From positions 13,704,001 through 13,764,000 of the forward strand of contig CM075990.1 in assembly GCA_038087875.1 (NCBI GenBank): a DNA stretch of 60,000 bases, in the 5' to 3' direction. Position 1 is the first letter of the stretch; every line of letters starts with the position of its first letter. This document shows, in pieces, positions 49,101-58,679 of the stretch. The position numbers and the translations under genes are program-made. The notes under the pieces were generated by a model. The model was not told the DNA's origin. It did no database searches and saw nothing but the letters and a program-made list of their open reading frames with translations. Source of the DNA: Malacoraja senta. Lineage: Eukaryota.

Positions 49101-49409
49101 TACATCATAGAGCTCACAGTTCCATGGGAGAACTCTGTTGAGGAGGCCTATGAGCGTAAGAAGCTGCGCTACGCAGAGCTTGCAGCAGAGGCAACGCAGC
49201 GTGGCTGGAACACCAAAGTCTATCCAGTTGAAGTGGGATGCAGAGGATTTGTTGCGTCATCTACCATCAGACTGCTGAAGGAGCTTGGAATCCACGGTCA
49301 GGCTCTGCGGAAGACCATAAGATCACTCTCAGAGGCGGCTGAAAGAAGCAGCCGGTGGATTTGGCTCAAGCGGAAAGACCCATGCTGGGCCCCAAGTATG
49401 TCGGGGTGA
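46147..49409 (+). pseudogene. RT + CCHC + restriction-like endonuclease polyprotein interrupted by one nonsense codon
   Basis: RT motifs APGPNG, FRPICLLN, FLDLANAFGSV, GIMAGC..SP, YMDD; CAICP..LKHIMVGC; WRHN*VL (TAG at 48816-48818); RPDLVFW..IIELTVPWE..AYERKKLRY. The two listed ORFs (46086 and 48873) are in the same frame. Confidence 0.92.
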
Positions 49410-49469
49410 ATCTTTGGGACGGTTTGACACGGGACATGCGCTGAGGGTTGATCATCCTGCAGCGGGCCG

Positions 49470-49544
49470 CCCTTGTGGAGGGTGTATAGTGTTAAAAGGC
49501 CGAAACACCCAGTGATGCAAGGGTACACTACTGATGATGTGTCC
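49470..49544 (+). ncRNA. Predicted non-circularly permuted hammerhead ribozyme with kink-turn in the LINE 3' UTR
   Basis: Core CUGAUGA 49531-37, GAAA 49502-05, GUA triplet 49484-86; helix III GGGUGU/ACACCC; helix I UAGUGU/ACACUA; short helix II G(U)GUC/GGCC. Confidence 0.72.
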
Positions 49545-51634
49545 TGTGCCCAACTGTCCTGAAGGTTACCCCCCCCACCCCCCCCCCCGATGTTGAGCGT
49601 CTACCACTCTCAACAATCAACGAATGTCGTGAAATGCTCCCCACCTATTGGCACAAGGGACTTCTTAACATCTTGTCCTGTGTATTTGATTCTGACAGTA
49701 AGTTCTCTGTGGTGCATCCGTAGTAGTTTGTAAGAGTCATTGGAGAAGTGATGAAGTTCCAAAGTCTCCTGAGGAACTCGAGGCATTGTGTGCCTTCTTG
49801 GCTGACTTTCAATGTAGGTTGGTCCCACGACTGATTGCAAGTAGCAAATGTGGAATAATTTGAGTTAAATTGGCAAGACCTCCTTCACATGACCCTTTGC
49901 TCAATCTTTATGAATCTACTTCCGTCCAGTTGTTCTGGCTCTATTCATTAGAAGAGATTTTCATTATTTCTCTAACAATGGATGTCAGCTCATTTATCAG
50001 TAGCTTCCCGGGTCATTTATATAAGTGTAATGTCTGCCATTCTTCAGTTTCCCTGGCATTTTTCCAGTAATAGAACATCTTCAATGCCATCTAGTAATTC
50101 CAGTTAAAGTGATTCAGTGCCTAGCCTTTCCTTTTGTACGTTCTTCCTCAGTCTTGCTCACTGCCTCCTTTTCTCCTGATATTGTCTCTACTGAACAATT
50201 TATATCCTTCTGGACATTTATCCCATTAACTGAAATTATTTCACCATGTCTCTGAGACACTAACGATGCCCAATCTATAAACCCTGCAACCCCCCCCACC
50301 CAGAACATGCATCTGTTTTTTTAAATATTTTACATTGATCCATCATACCACTGCCTTTGACTTCTCTTGTGGGATTTAATAACATCTTGATGCTGTTTAT
50401 CCCGCACTATTAGAATTAAAATTGAAAACTTTGAATTGTATTAACACTTGGGCTCTCTCGGACTTTGCTCCAAGGTGTTCACTTGCAGCTGCTGTGAACT
50501 CTCCACGAAAGGTTTAGCTGCGGCTCCATCATTCTACCTGTTGTACCTGCCAATCCCTCTGCTCCCTACTTTGTCTGGCTGGTACCCATTTAGTCCACAA
50601 AATGCTCTTTGTACAAATCTTAATTTGTAGAAAGAAAATTATAGTCTACATTGCAAGGATGAAAGGAAAGTAGGAGCATGAAAAGATGGGCTATTCAACC
50701 TGATGATGTTCTCCAATGAAGACTAGGTAGCAAATTCAATCCCATTCTTCTATGTAAAGGCAATGAAGATGCTCCTGATTGTGTGCAATGCTGTGTTCTA
50801 ACAGAGGTCAATGGAGAGAACAATCAGCATGAATATATCCAGGTGCCTTTTCATATAATTTCTATTTTTATTGATCTTTACTTCAATAAGAAGGGCCTGG
50901 AATCTTATGCAACACTAATGTTGCATTACCACTTAATGCCCTACTCTAAACTGCAAAATGACAGAAATTGCGGATTCTGCAGTATCAGGCTTTTATTGCA
51001 ATGGGCCAGATCATTGGAGCTGCGCTTGTTCTCCACTGTGCACGCTCCCCGGGCTTGCTGTCAGCCCACCTAGTTTCAGACTCACTATTCCTGCAGCAGC
51101 TCCCAAGAACCAATGACAGCCATGGATTGGAGCAAGTCCCTGCAAAGGAGCAAGGGATATATACAGAAGAAAGATAATAAGAAACTCTACAATCATGATG
51201 TCGTGTCATGATGTATGCAGCTTCAGCTATTTTTCATCCCAGGTGAAAACGATGGCAAATTACCATAATTAATTAAACAAAATATCTTCCACAATTATGT
51301 TTTTCTTTTCCATAAATCATTTAAAAGTTTATTAGGGAGGGATTTAATGATTGCATAAATTCAAGATCCACTTTGGGGACACGAAAGACTGCAGATGCTG
51401 GCATCCTGAACAAAACACAAAATGCTACAGGAAATCTGCAGGTCAGTCAGCATCTGTGGAAGGAAATGGACAGATGACATTTTGGGTTGGGCCCCTTTTT
51501 TTGAGAAGGATCCAGATCTGGCCGTTTCCCTCTACAGATGCTGCCTGGCCTGCTGAGTTCCTCCAGTAATTTGTTTTCCAAGATCCATGTTGCCTTTGGC
51601 ATCCCTTGTTTCTAAGTTTATTTTTATTTTGCAG

Positions 51635-51806
51635 CACACGGTGGTGACCGCTCTCTTTGTGTATGACACTGACAGCACCACTAAGTACACAACGACTGTG
51701 ATCGGGAACGATACGTGGATCACGGAGAACTTCCGTGTGAAGCCCACTGCTTTGGAGATACCAGCCAGCGCAGAAAGACCCGCTCGAGGGACGGTAAACA
51801 AATACG
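51635..51806 (+). CDS. RET: RET exon 5 (CLD3)
   Basis: ttttgcAG acceptor; HTVVTALFVYDTDSTTKYTTTVIGNDTWITENFRV...RGTVNKY; donor G|GTAAAC; 172 nt, phase 0-1. Confidence 0.92.
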
Positions 51807-53243
51807 GTAAACCCAAAGCACAAGCCTTACATTTGGCAAAGAGAGGCTGGGGAAAATAGATGTCAGAATCTAAAATAAAAGGTAGAGTTAAGAAGTGTCA
51901 CAGTGCCATTAGGGGTCAGGTTGGGTCCTTGGACAGGTTTGTAGCCGGGGGAGAATACAGCTCACTATATTTGCCTTCAGTGCATGGACTTTGAAATGCA
52001 AAAGGAAGGAAATCTTATGTTAGCAATGGGATCGTACTCATTTTTAATCATTGACCATTTGATTTTTATGTGATTTTGCTTATTGTACACCAGGGGCTTT
52101 TAGCCAATGTACAAAACAGTAAATGCTTTAGTTTCCTCAATAGAACTTAATGGTCAATGTCCAGATTTGTGGCTGATATAATATTATATTCATTCCTTTA
52201 ATGAATGGTAAGGTGAGGATGCTGATTTATCATTGGAAGAGGAGCATGTGTAGGTCTGCCTACACCAGCTTCAATGCCATGGCATGTCCAGGTTGCCTGA
52301 TACACAAATTCCATTACTTTCTGCTGTACACTAGACCCACTTCCTCACACGTTTCTCCAGCATTTCAGCCTGCAAGGTTCACCCAAAATAGACCTTCAGG
52401 TCATTGTCTACATGTGTGAATTCAATGTGGAGAGGATTCTCATGTACATACCGTCTGACTTCTGATGAGAAGATCTGAGGAATTTCACTGACATTTATTC
52501 TGTGATATTCAAGGAATACCTGTTTGAAAACTTGAGATAGATTGTGATACAGGTCAGGTCTTGTGATACAGGTCAACAGATCAATACAGCAATGACAGAA
52601 TGAAAGGCTAACAGTTAAATCAGTGCTTGTCCAAACCATTTGACAATAGTTTGGTCAAAATTCAATGAGGTTGATTGAAATCAGTTGAATACCAAAGAGA
52701 TAGAACAAAAGAGATGGATCATACCATCATAAAGATTTATGGCACATAAGTTACTCATCAACTTTTTCTGTCCGTGCCTGCTGACATAATATGTACAGCG
52801 AAATCCCATTATCCAGTTGTCAGTGTGTAACCTTGTAGATAACTGCACTTCAAGTGGTCATCCAAGTACTGAATGTGCTGAATTTCTGCACCTCCCGCCC
52901 TATTGTAGACTCTCAACACTCACAAAGAAACTGTTCACATTGGCATATCAAATTCAGCTTTATCCATCAAGTTTACATACAAGGGTCAATCTCACATTCT
53001 CACAATTGGGACTGTCGTGTGAATTAATTCTATTGAAACTTTCAACTACCCTTCAGTAGAAGAATTGACCTGACAAGTATTAAAGGAAAGTAGATGAGTA
53101 AATGCACAGATGGGTTGATTTAAAAGAGGTTGCGGAGGCAGCTTGTATGGAGTATAAATACCCGTCTTGGCTGTGTGGGTCGAGTGGCCTCTTTCTGCGC
53201 CGTGGACCCAATGTAATTTGCTGTATCTTCCTGTTTTATCCAG

Positions 53244-53443
53244 AGCTGATACTGAAGAGAAGCTTGTCAGTCTCGGAGAACCGATCCTTCAGTCTGGATG
53301 TACTGGTCCAGGATACTGAGTATAATGGTCCAACCAGTTCGGTGTTGCTTCACTTCAATGTGATCGTCCGGCCGATTGTCATCGAGTTCACCGAGAAAAC
53401 ATTCTACTTCTCAGTGAATAGGAACGCAGGACGTTCTGCTAAG
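53244..53443 (+). CDS. RET: RET exon 6 (CLD3/CLD4)
   Basis: ttatccAG acceptor; LILKRSLSVSENRSFSLDVLVQDTEYNGP...LLHFNV...FSVNRNAGRSAK; donor AAG|GTGATG; 200 nt, phase 1-0. Confidence 0.96.
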
Positions 53444-54326
53444 GTGATGGGTGATTTTACTTTAAATGACCAGAGTTTCAACAGGATGAAAGGCAAAACC
53501 AGCAACACTGGAGGAAATCTAATAGCAATTAGTATCTACATGTAATTTAATATTGGCTGTTAGTACATTAGTCTTGGACTTAAGCTCTGACTCTGCTTCT
53601 GAACGAGCAATTTGTGGAATGAGGGATATATTCATCGATGAATTTACAATGGATTCCCATAAACTAACATTTCCTTCAACTATCTATCGAACCGGTTCTA
53701 AAATATTAGTGTAATCGAATATTAGTGTCATTAACTCTAGCAGAATGTTCCATAGCCTCATAATCGTTTTTTGCAAATCTCTTAATCTTGTCAGTCATAC
53801 AGCACAAAAACAGGTCCTTCGGCCCAACTAGTCTATGCTCACCAAAGTGCCCCATCTAAGCTGGTTCCATTTGCCTGCATTTGGCCCATATTCCATCAAA
53901 CCTTTTGTATCCATGTACCTGTCTAAATTTATTTTCAGTTGTTATTGTACCTGCCTTAACTACCTCCTCTGGCAGCTCATTCCACACACCCACAACCCTC
54001 CGAGTGAAAATGTTGCCTCTCGGGTTCCTATTAAATCTTTCTCCTCTCACTTTGTGTTTACCTTCCACTTGTTCTCATTAATTACTAGAATGAATCTTCT
54101 TTTAACCTATCCAACTTATCTTTAAAAAAAACACAACTTGCACTTTATAATTTTTCACTGAATTTCAGGACATCCAGATAATAGTACTGCAAGTGTGGTC
54201 ACTGTTGTAGAATAGGAAACGTGGTGTCTAATTTGAAACTTGGTGTCCAATGCCAAGCAATGCCAAGTTGCACTCGTTAGTTGAGGTATTAGATGTGGTG
54301 TATTTAACTTTCCATTGTGGTTACAG

Positions 54327-54618
54327 ATCGGAAGAATTTGCATCGCAAATTGTCAGAACTTTCAAACTTTGAGTATGACCTACACACTGGTGCCAGTGAT
54401 GCACAGTGAAGAGAATACCACACAACAAGACAAAGGTTGTTCATCCATTGTGGGCGTTCTGAAGCAAGCTGAAGACATATTCGGCATCCTCTACATTAAT
54501 GATGTGAAGATGCTGAGAAACAGCACGTGCTACCAACTTCACTACATTGTGATAGCTAATGAATCACTGAGCAAGGAGGAGGCAAAGGCCGACATCATTG
54601 TCACACTCGAGGGTGCAT
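54327..54618 (+). CDS. RET: RET exon 7 (CLD4)
   Basis: ttacAG acceptor; IGRICIANCQNF...GILYINDVKMLRNSTCYQLHYIVIA...VTLEGA; donor T|GTGCGT; 292 nt, phase 0-1. Confidence 0.93.
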
Positions 54619-55367
54619 GTGCGTATCAGTGCTTTTTATGTTGAACTGCTTGGCTTTTCCCCCTTTTTAAGTCTCTTTCTTGAGTTGGTTAGTTTATTAT
54701 TAGTGTCCCGTGCACCGAGGCACAGTAAAAATCTTTTGTTTGCGTGCTAACCAGTCAAAGACAAGACTACACATGAATACAATCAAGCTGTCCACAGTGT
54801 ACAGATAAAGGATAATGGTACAATATTTAGTGCGGGATATTATTGGTGCAGCTGAAGGAGAAAGGATATGCTGAAAGAGCAGGAATATAAAGTTGAAACG
54901 TGATCTTTTTGGATGGCAGAGCAGGTATTAGGACTGTTCTGACCAAGGCTTCATTTGTGTAATCTCCCCACATCATTGTCTCTTAAGAATAAAGCTGCAG
55001 CAGCCATTGAAATTGACAAGTACTTCCTTCTACTGATACTCGATTAAACAGTGTATATACAGCATTCAGTATTTTCAACTTGCAATAACAAACATAAACA
55101 TATAGCTATTAAAAAATATCTTTATATTTGCAAATCCTACAGGAAAAATAATGTTGTTATTGTGAGTTTGAACCTCTTGAGCCCCCAGCCCCCTTTTTTT
55201 TTTACCATTCACACAATTGTCTTTATAATGCTATCATCTATAACACAAACATTTTAGGAACCCAACTATTGTCTAATAGCAGAACGACCCATATATGTTC
55301 AGCGCACAAACGGAGATTTGAATCCAGGCTGAAACGATCAGAATTAACACGTGTTTCTTCTCCTTAG

Positions 55368-55493
55368 ACAAGGACAGAAATAATAATTGCCCCAAAATCT
55401 GTGCTACAAACAAGCAGCGCTCAGAGTGCGAGGAATGTGGTGGACTTGGAACATTAAATGGGAGATGTCAGTGGCGACAGGGCTATGAAAAAG
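55368..55493 (+). CDS. RET: RET exon 8 (cysteine-rich domain)
   Basis: Absent from the ORF track; read manually: tccttAG | (Y)[41 protein letters not shown] | GTAAAA; 126 nt, phase 1-1; ECEECGGLG..GRCxWRQG is diagnostic of RET. Confidence 0.96.
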
Positions 55494-56230
55494 GTAAAAA
55501 TAAAATCAGTAATAATTCCATGCATTATGCTTTTTTATGTCATGCTTGTATATAATACTGGCTTCCGAATGAGTGAACTGGATACACGTCAGTATTAAGA
55601 TTGAAATTTATTTAATGTTTTCACAGTTTAGCAATGATTGGGCAGATAGTATAGGAAAGAACTGCAGATGCTGGTTTATTTCGAAGATAGACATGTTTAC
55701 AAATACACAGGACTAGATGTTAAAAGTCCAAAGTGCCAAATATCAATTTACTCCCGATGGTGATGGGAGCCTTCTGCACTCAACTATGCTCTTCCGATGT
55801 TGAGAAAGGCTAGGCAGACACGTCATTGGGGTTATAAAGTGGGCACCTACTTTCATCGACGTTTCGCTGATTGAACCCACGACGTCTCCAGTAGGCTCAG
55901 CGGTGCATTCTGGCGTCCCAGAACCACCCCCCTCTGCATCTGTCTAGTCGGTTATTTGGGAGACCAAATGGGGTCTTTCCTCTTCAGCCAGAGCCACTGG
56001 CTCAATGGTGAGACCCTTCTTCAGAGTCTGAAGGGTTTCAACCTGAAACGTCACCCATTCCTTCTCTCCAGAGGTGCTGCCTGTCCCGCTGTGTTACTCC
56101 AGCATTTTGTGTCTAGGCTCCAAAAAGACATGTCACTCAAACTTCTAAATTTTCCTAACTTCAGAAGTGGAAAAAGCTTTGATCCAATCTTTATGTGGCA
56201 ATAATAAACCTAAACCTTTTGTTTCAACAG

Positions 56231-56338
56231 GAATATCCAAGAACTACTCTACCTGCTCATCAGATCTCTCCAGCTGCCCTGATGGATACTGCGATGTGGT
56301 GGAGCAGAAGAAGGGCACGTGTCCGCAGGACTGTGTCG
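56231..56338 (+). CDS. RET: RET exon 9 (cysteine-rich domain)
   Basis: tttcaacAG | (G)[35 protein letters not shown] | GTGTGT; 108 nt, phase 1-1; a different frame from the listed ORF. Confidence 0.95.
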
Positions 56339-56486
56339 GTGTGTAACCAGAACCAGATACTCTGCATCCCAGCAGATCACCAGCAAGAGCAGATAGTATC
56401 GAGATATTGTGCTGTGTGTGTAAATAAAGCTGTCTGTTTCTCAGTTATGTCCAGACTTTGGATCCCTTTGATTGACCCCGGGTCTC

Positions 56487-56871
56487 TGGTGCTGTCCCAC
56501 TTAGGAGACCTAAACAGCAACCTCTGGTGACCTTGCCCGCCACCCAAGGTTTCCATGAGGTCACAGGAGGTTTTGGTCACTCTCTCTAATGGTCGAAAGT
56601 GGTTTCCGCGTGGTCGAGTCTTCATCTAGGTTGCTGCTATTTTTTCATCATGATTAAAACCGGCCTCAACTAAAAATAGGTTGCCGTTTTAAAAATCGAT
56701 AATTTTTTAGTCGCAGGTATCGTCGAAGCCGGTTTTCTTCATAGTCGAGGAAGGTTTTCAACATATGGAGGTGGTAGGAGGTTGCAGGTCACCTCGACAT
56801 TGATTTGTTTTTGGGTGGCGGGCAAGGTCACCAGAGGTTGTTGTTTAGATCTCCTAAGTGGGACAGGCCCT
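56487..56871. mobile_element. MITE with about 60-bp TIRs, same terminus, in RET intron 9
   Basis: CTGTCCCACTTAGGAGACCTAAACAGCAACCTCTGGTGACCTTGCCCGCCACCCAA and its inverse ending GGGACAGGCCCT-TAA. Confidence 0.85.
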
Positions 56872-57386
56872 TAAACTGTGCTGACCAAAGTGTTTGCTCT
56901 AAACCCATACTCAGTGCAATGCACCATTGCTCTCACTTTTTGTTTTGGCATCCTGATCTTCTTGCTTCATAGTTTGCAGTTCCTGATGCTCCCTTGGGAA
57001 TTTTATGAAGATGATACCTTCAAAACTTTAAATTCTTTAATTCTAAGCACCCTGAATTTTAGTTATTTCACTATTTGGGGACAATCACTTTTACCTGCTG
57101 TCCTCTTTGACTCCACACCAAGTATGTATGGAGACAGAGAGAGAGGGAGGGATCATACACAAGCTGCACAACACTCTCCTGTTCCTTCCCTGAGCCATGT
57201 TTTCCTCTCTGGGTTCCAGACCAGAACGGAAACTTGGCAAGATGGAGAGATAAAGACTGAGGTCAACTTACTTTCGCATGTGAAACCAGATAGATTAGTG
57301 ACCGAGGAGAATGAGTTATTTCTCGTGACAATAATATATTTCCTCCATTAACTTGCCTTGTGTGTTCTCTTTAATGATTCGTTTAG

Positions 57387-57506
57387 AATGGGACAAAGTC
57401 GTCGGTGGATTTGAACCCGGAGAGCTGGGAGGAATTAAAGGTGGCTTTGGAACTTGTGTCTGCTACTCAGACAGCAAATGCATCTGCCAAAAAGATGAGT
57501 TTGTTG
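57387..57506 (+). CDS. RET: RET exon 10 (CRD; cysteines equivalent to human C609/C611/C618/C620)
   Basis: gtttAG | (E)WDKVVGGFEPGELGGIKGGFGTCVCYSDSKCICQKDEFV | GTATGT; 120 nt, phase 1-1. Confidence 0.96.
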
Positions 57507-58422
57507 GTATGTTTATTGCTGATTTAAAAAAAAAATATTGGCCAATAAAGGGTAAATGTTTCCAAATTACTGGGCATACTATGCCTTTATCTTCTAGTAC
57601 GTAGTGAGATTCATGCAATTGAATCAATGGGTGCTAGGGCTTTAATTCATGAATACTGTATATCAAATGAAAGATGACAAAAGACAGCGTCTCATTCTAA
57701 CCCACTGCATGGTGCAGCTTGGTATACCAAACTTTACAATCGACAATACTGATCACTCATAGAGGAGTCAATGAAATGCTGAGGTGAAATGCCTCCAGTT
57801 TAACCTCTGGTCTAAAGAGTGTTACCTCCACAAGCCAATGCTCCCTCAGTACTACACTGTGGTATTAGCATCAGCTCACCTTAAGAAATCCAAAAGCATA
57901 TCTAAGTATTTTCTGTACCTATTTCCTTATGACATAGAAGGAGGCCATTCAGCCCACCAAATCTATGCCAGTATTCAGAGCAAATCTATTACTGATTATT
58001 CCCCAAAGCATATTCTTCCCCCATTCCCATCAACTACCCTCGGATTCTAATACTCGCCAACACACTAGGAGCAATCTACAAAAGCCAATTAATATATAAA
58101 TCACCATGTTTTCGGGACATGGAAGGAAACTAAAGCATCCATGGAAAACCCACACAACCATAGGGAGAACATATGAACTCCACACAGACAGCACCAGAGG
58201 TGGGGACTGTACCTCGGTCACTGGAGGTGTGAGGCAGCTGCAGTTTGATGGAAGCCCAAGGAGAAAGATGGGCATTGTAATACTCTCCTAAGCTAAATTC
58301 GCGATAAGACTGTAAAAAAGAAACATCTCAAAGTTGCTTGGTATTGATCTGTACAACGTTGCATTTATGTTAATCATCCTGGTGAAACCATCATGGTGTG
58401 TTCTGTTCCATTTCATTCACAG

Positions 58423-58679
58423 AGATGGTTTGCGATGATCTGTGTAAAACCATTATTGCAGCTGCGGTCTTGTTGTCCTTCATCCTGTCTGTGCTGCTCT
58501 CCTCGTATTTCATTCATCGATACCATAAAACCACTCCCAAGCCCCCCATCGCTTCGGCAGAAATGACCTTCAGGCGGCCAGCTCAGGCTTATCCCATCAG
58601 CTACTCCTCCAATAATATCCGAAGACCTTCTATAGATTCCATGGAAAATCAAATGTCTGTGGATTCCTTCAAGATACCA
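58423..58679 (+). CDS. RET: RET exon 11 (C630/C634 equivalents, transmembrane helix, juxtamembrane)
   Basis: ttcacAG | (E)[33 protein letters not shown]...[17 protein letters not shown]...[20 protein letters not shown] | GTGAGT; 257 nt, phase 1-0. Confidence 0.98.

Larger units (their letters stand above)
46147..49690 (+). mobile_element. RLE-type non-LTR retrotransposon (HERO-like, R2/NeSL group), 5'-truncated, in RET intron 4
   Basis: 16-bp target-site duplication TCTGACAGTAAGTTCT at 46131-46146 and 49691-49706; long single ORF with RT, CCHC knuckle and restriction-like endonuclease. Confidence 0.9.

Noticed and set aside
56195..56530. 111-aa ORF over RET exon 9
   Set aside because: Wrong frame; the RET exon is 56231-56338 in another frame.
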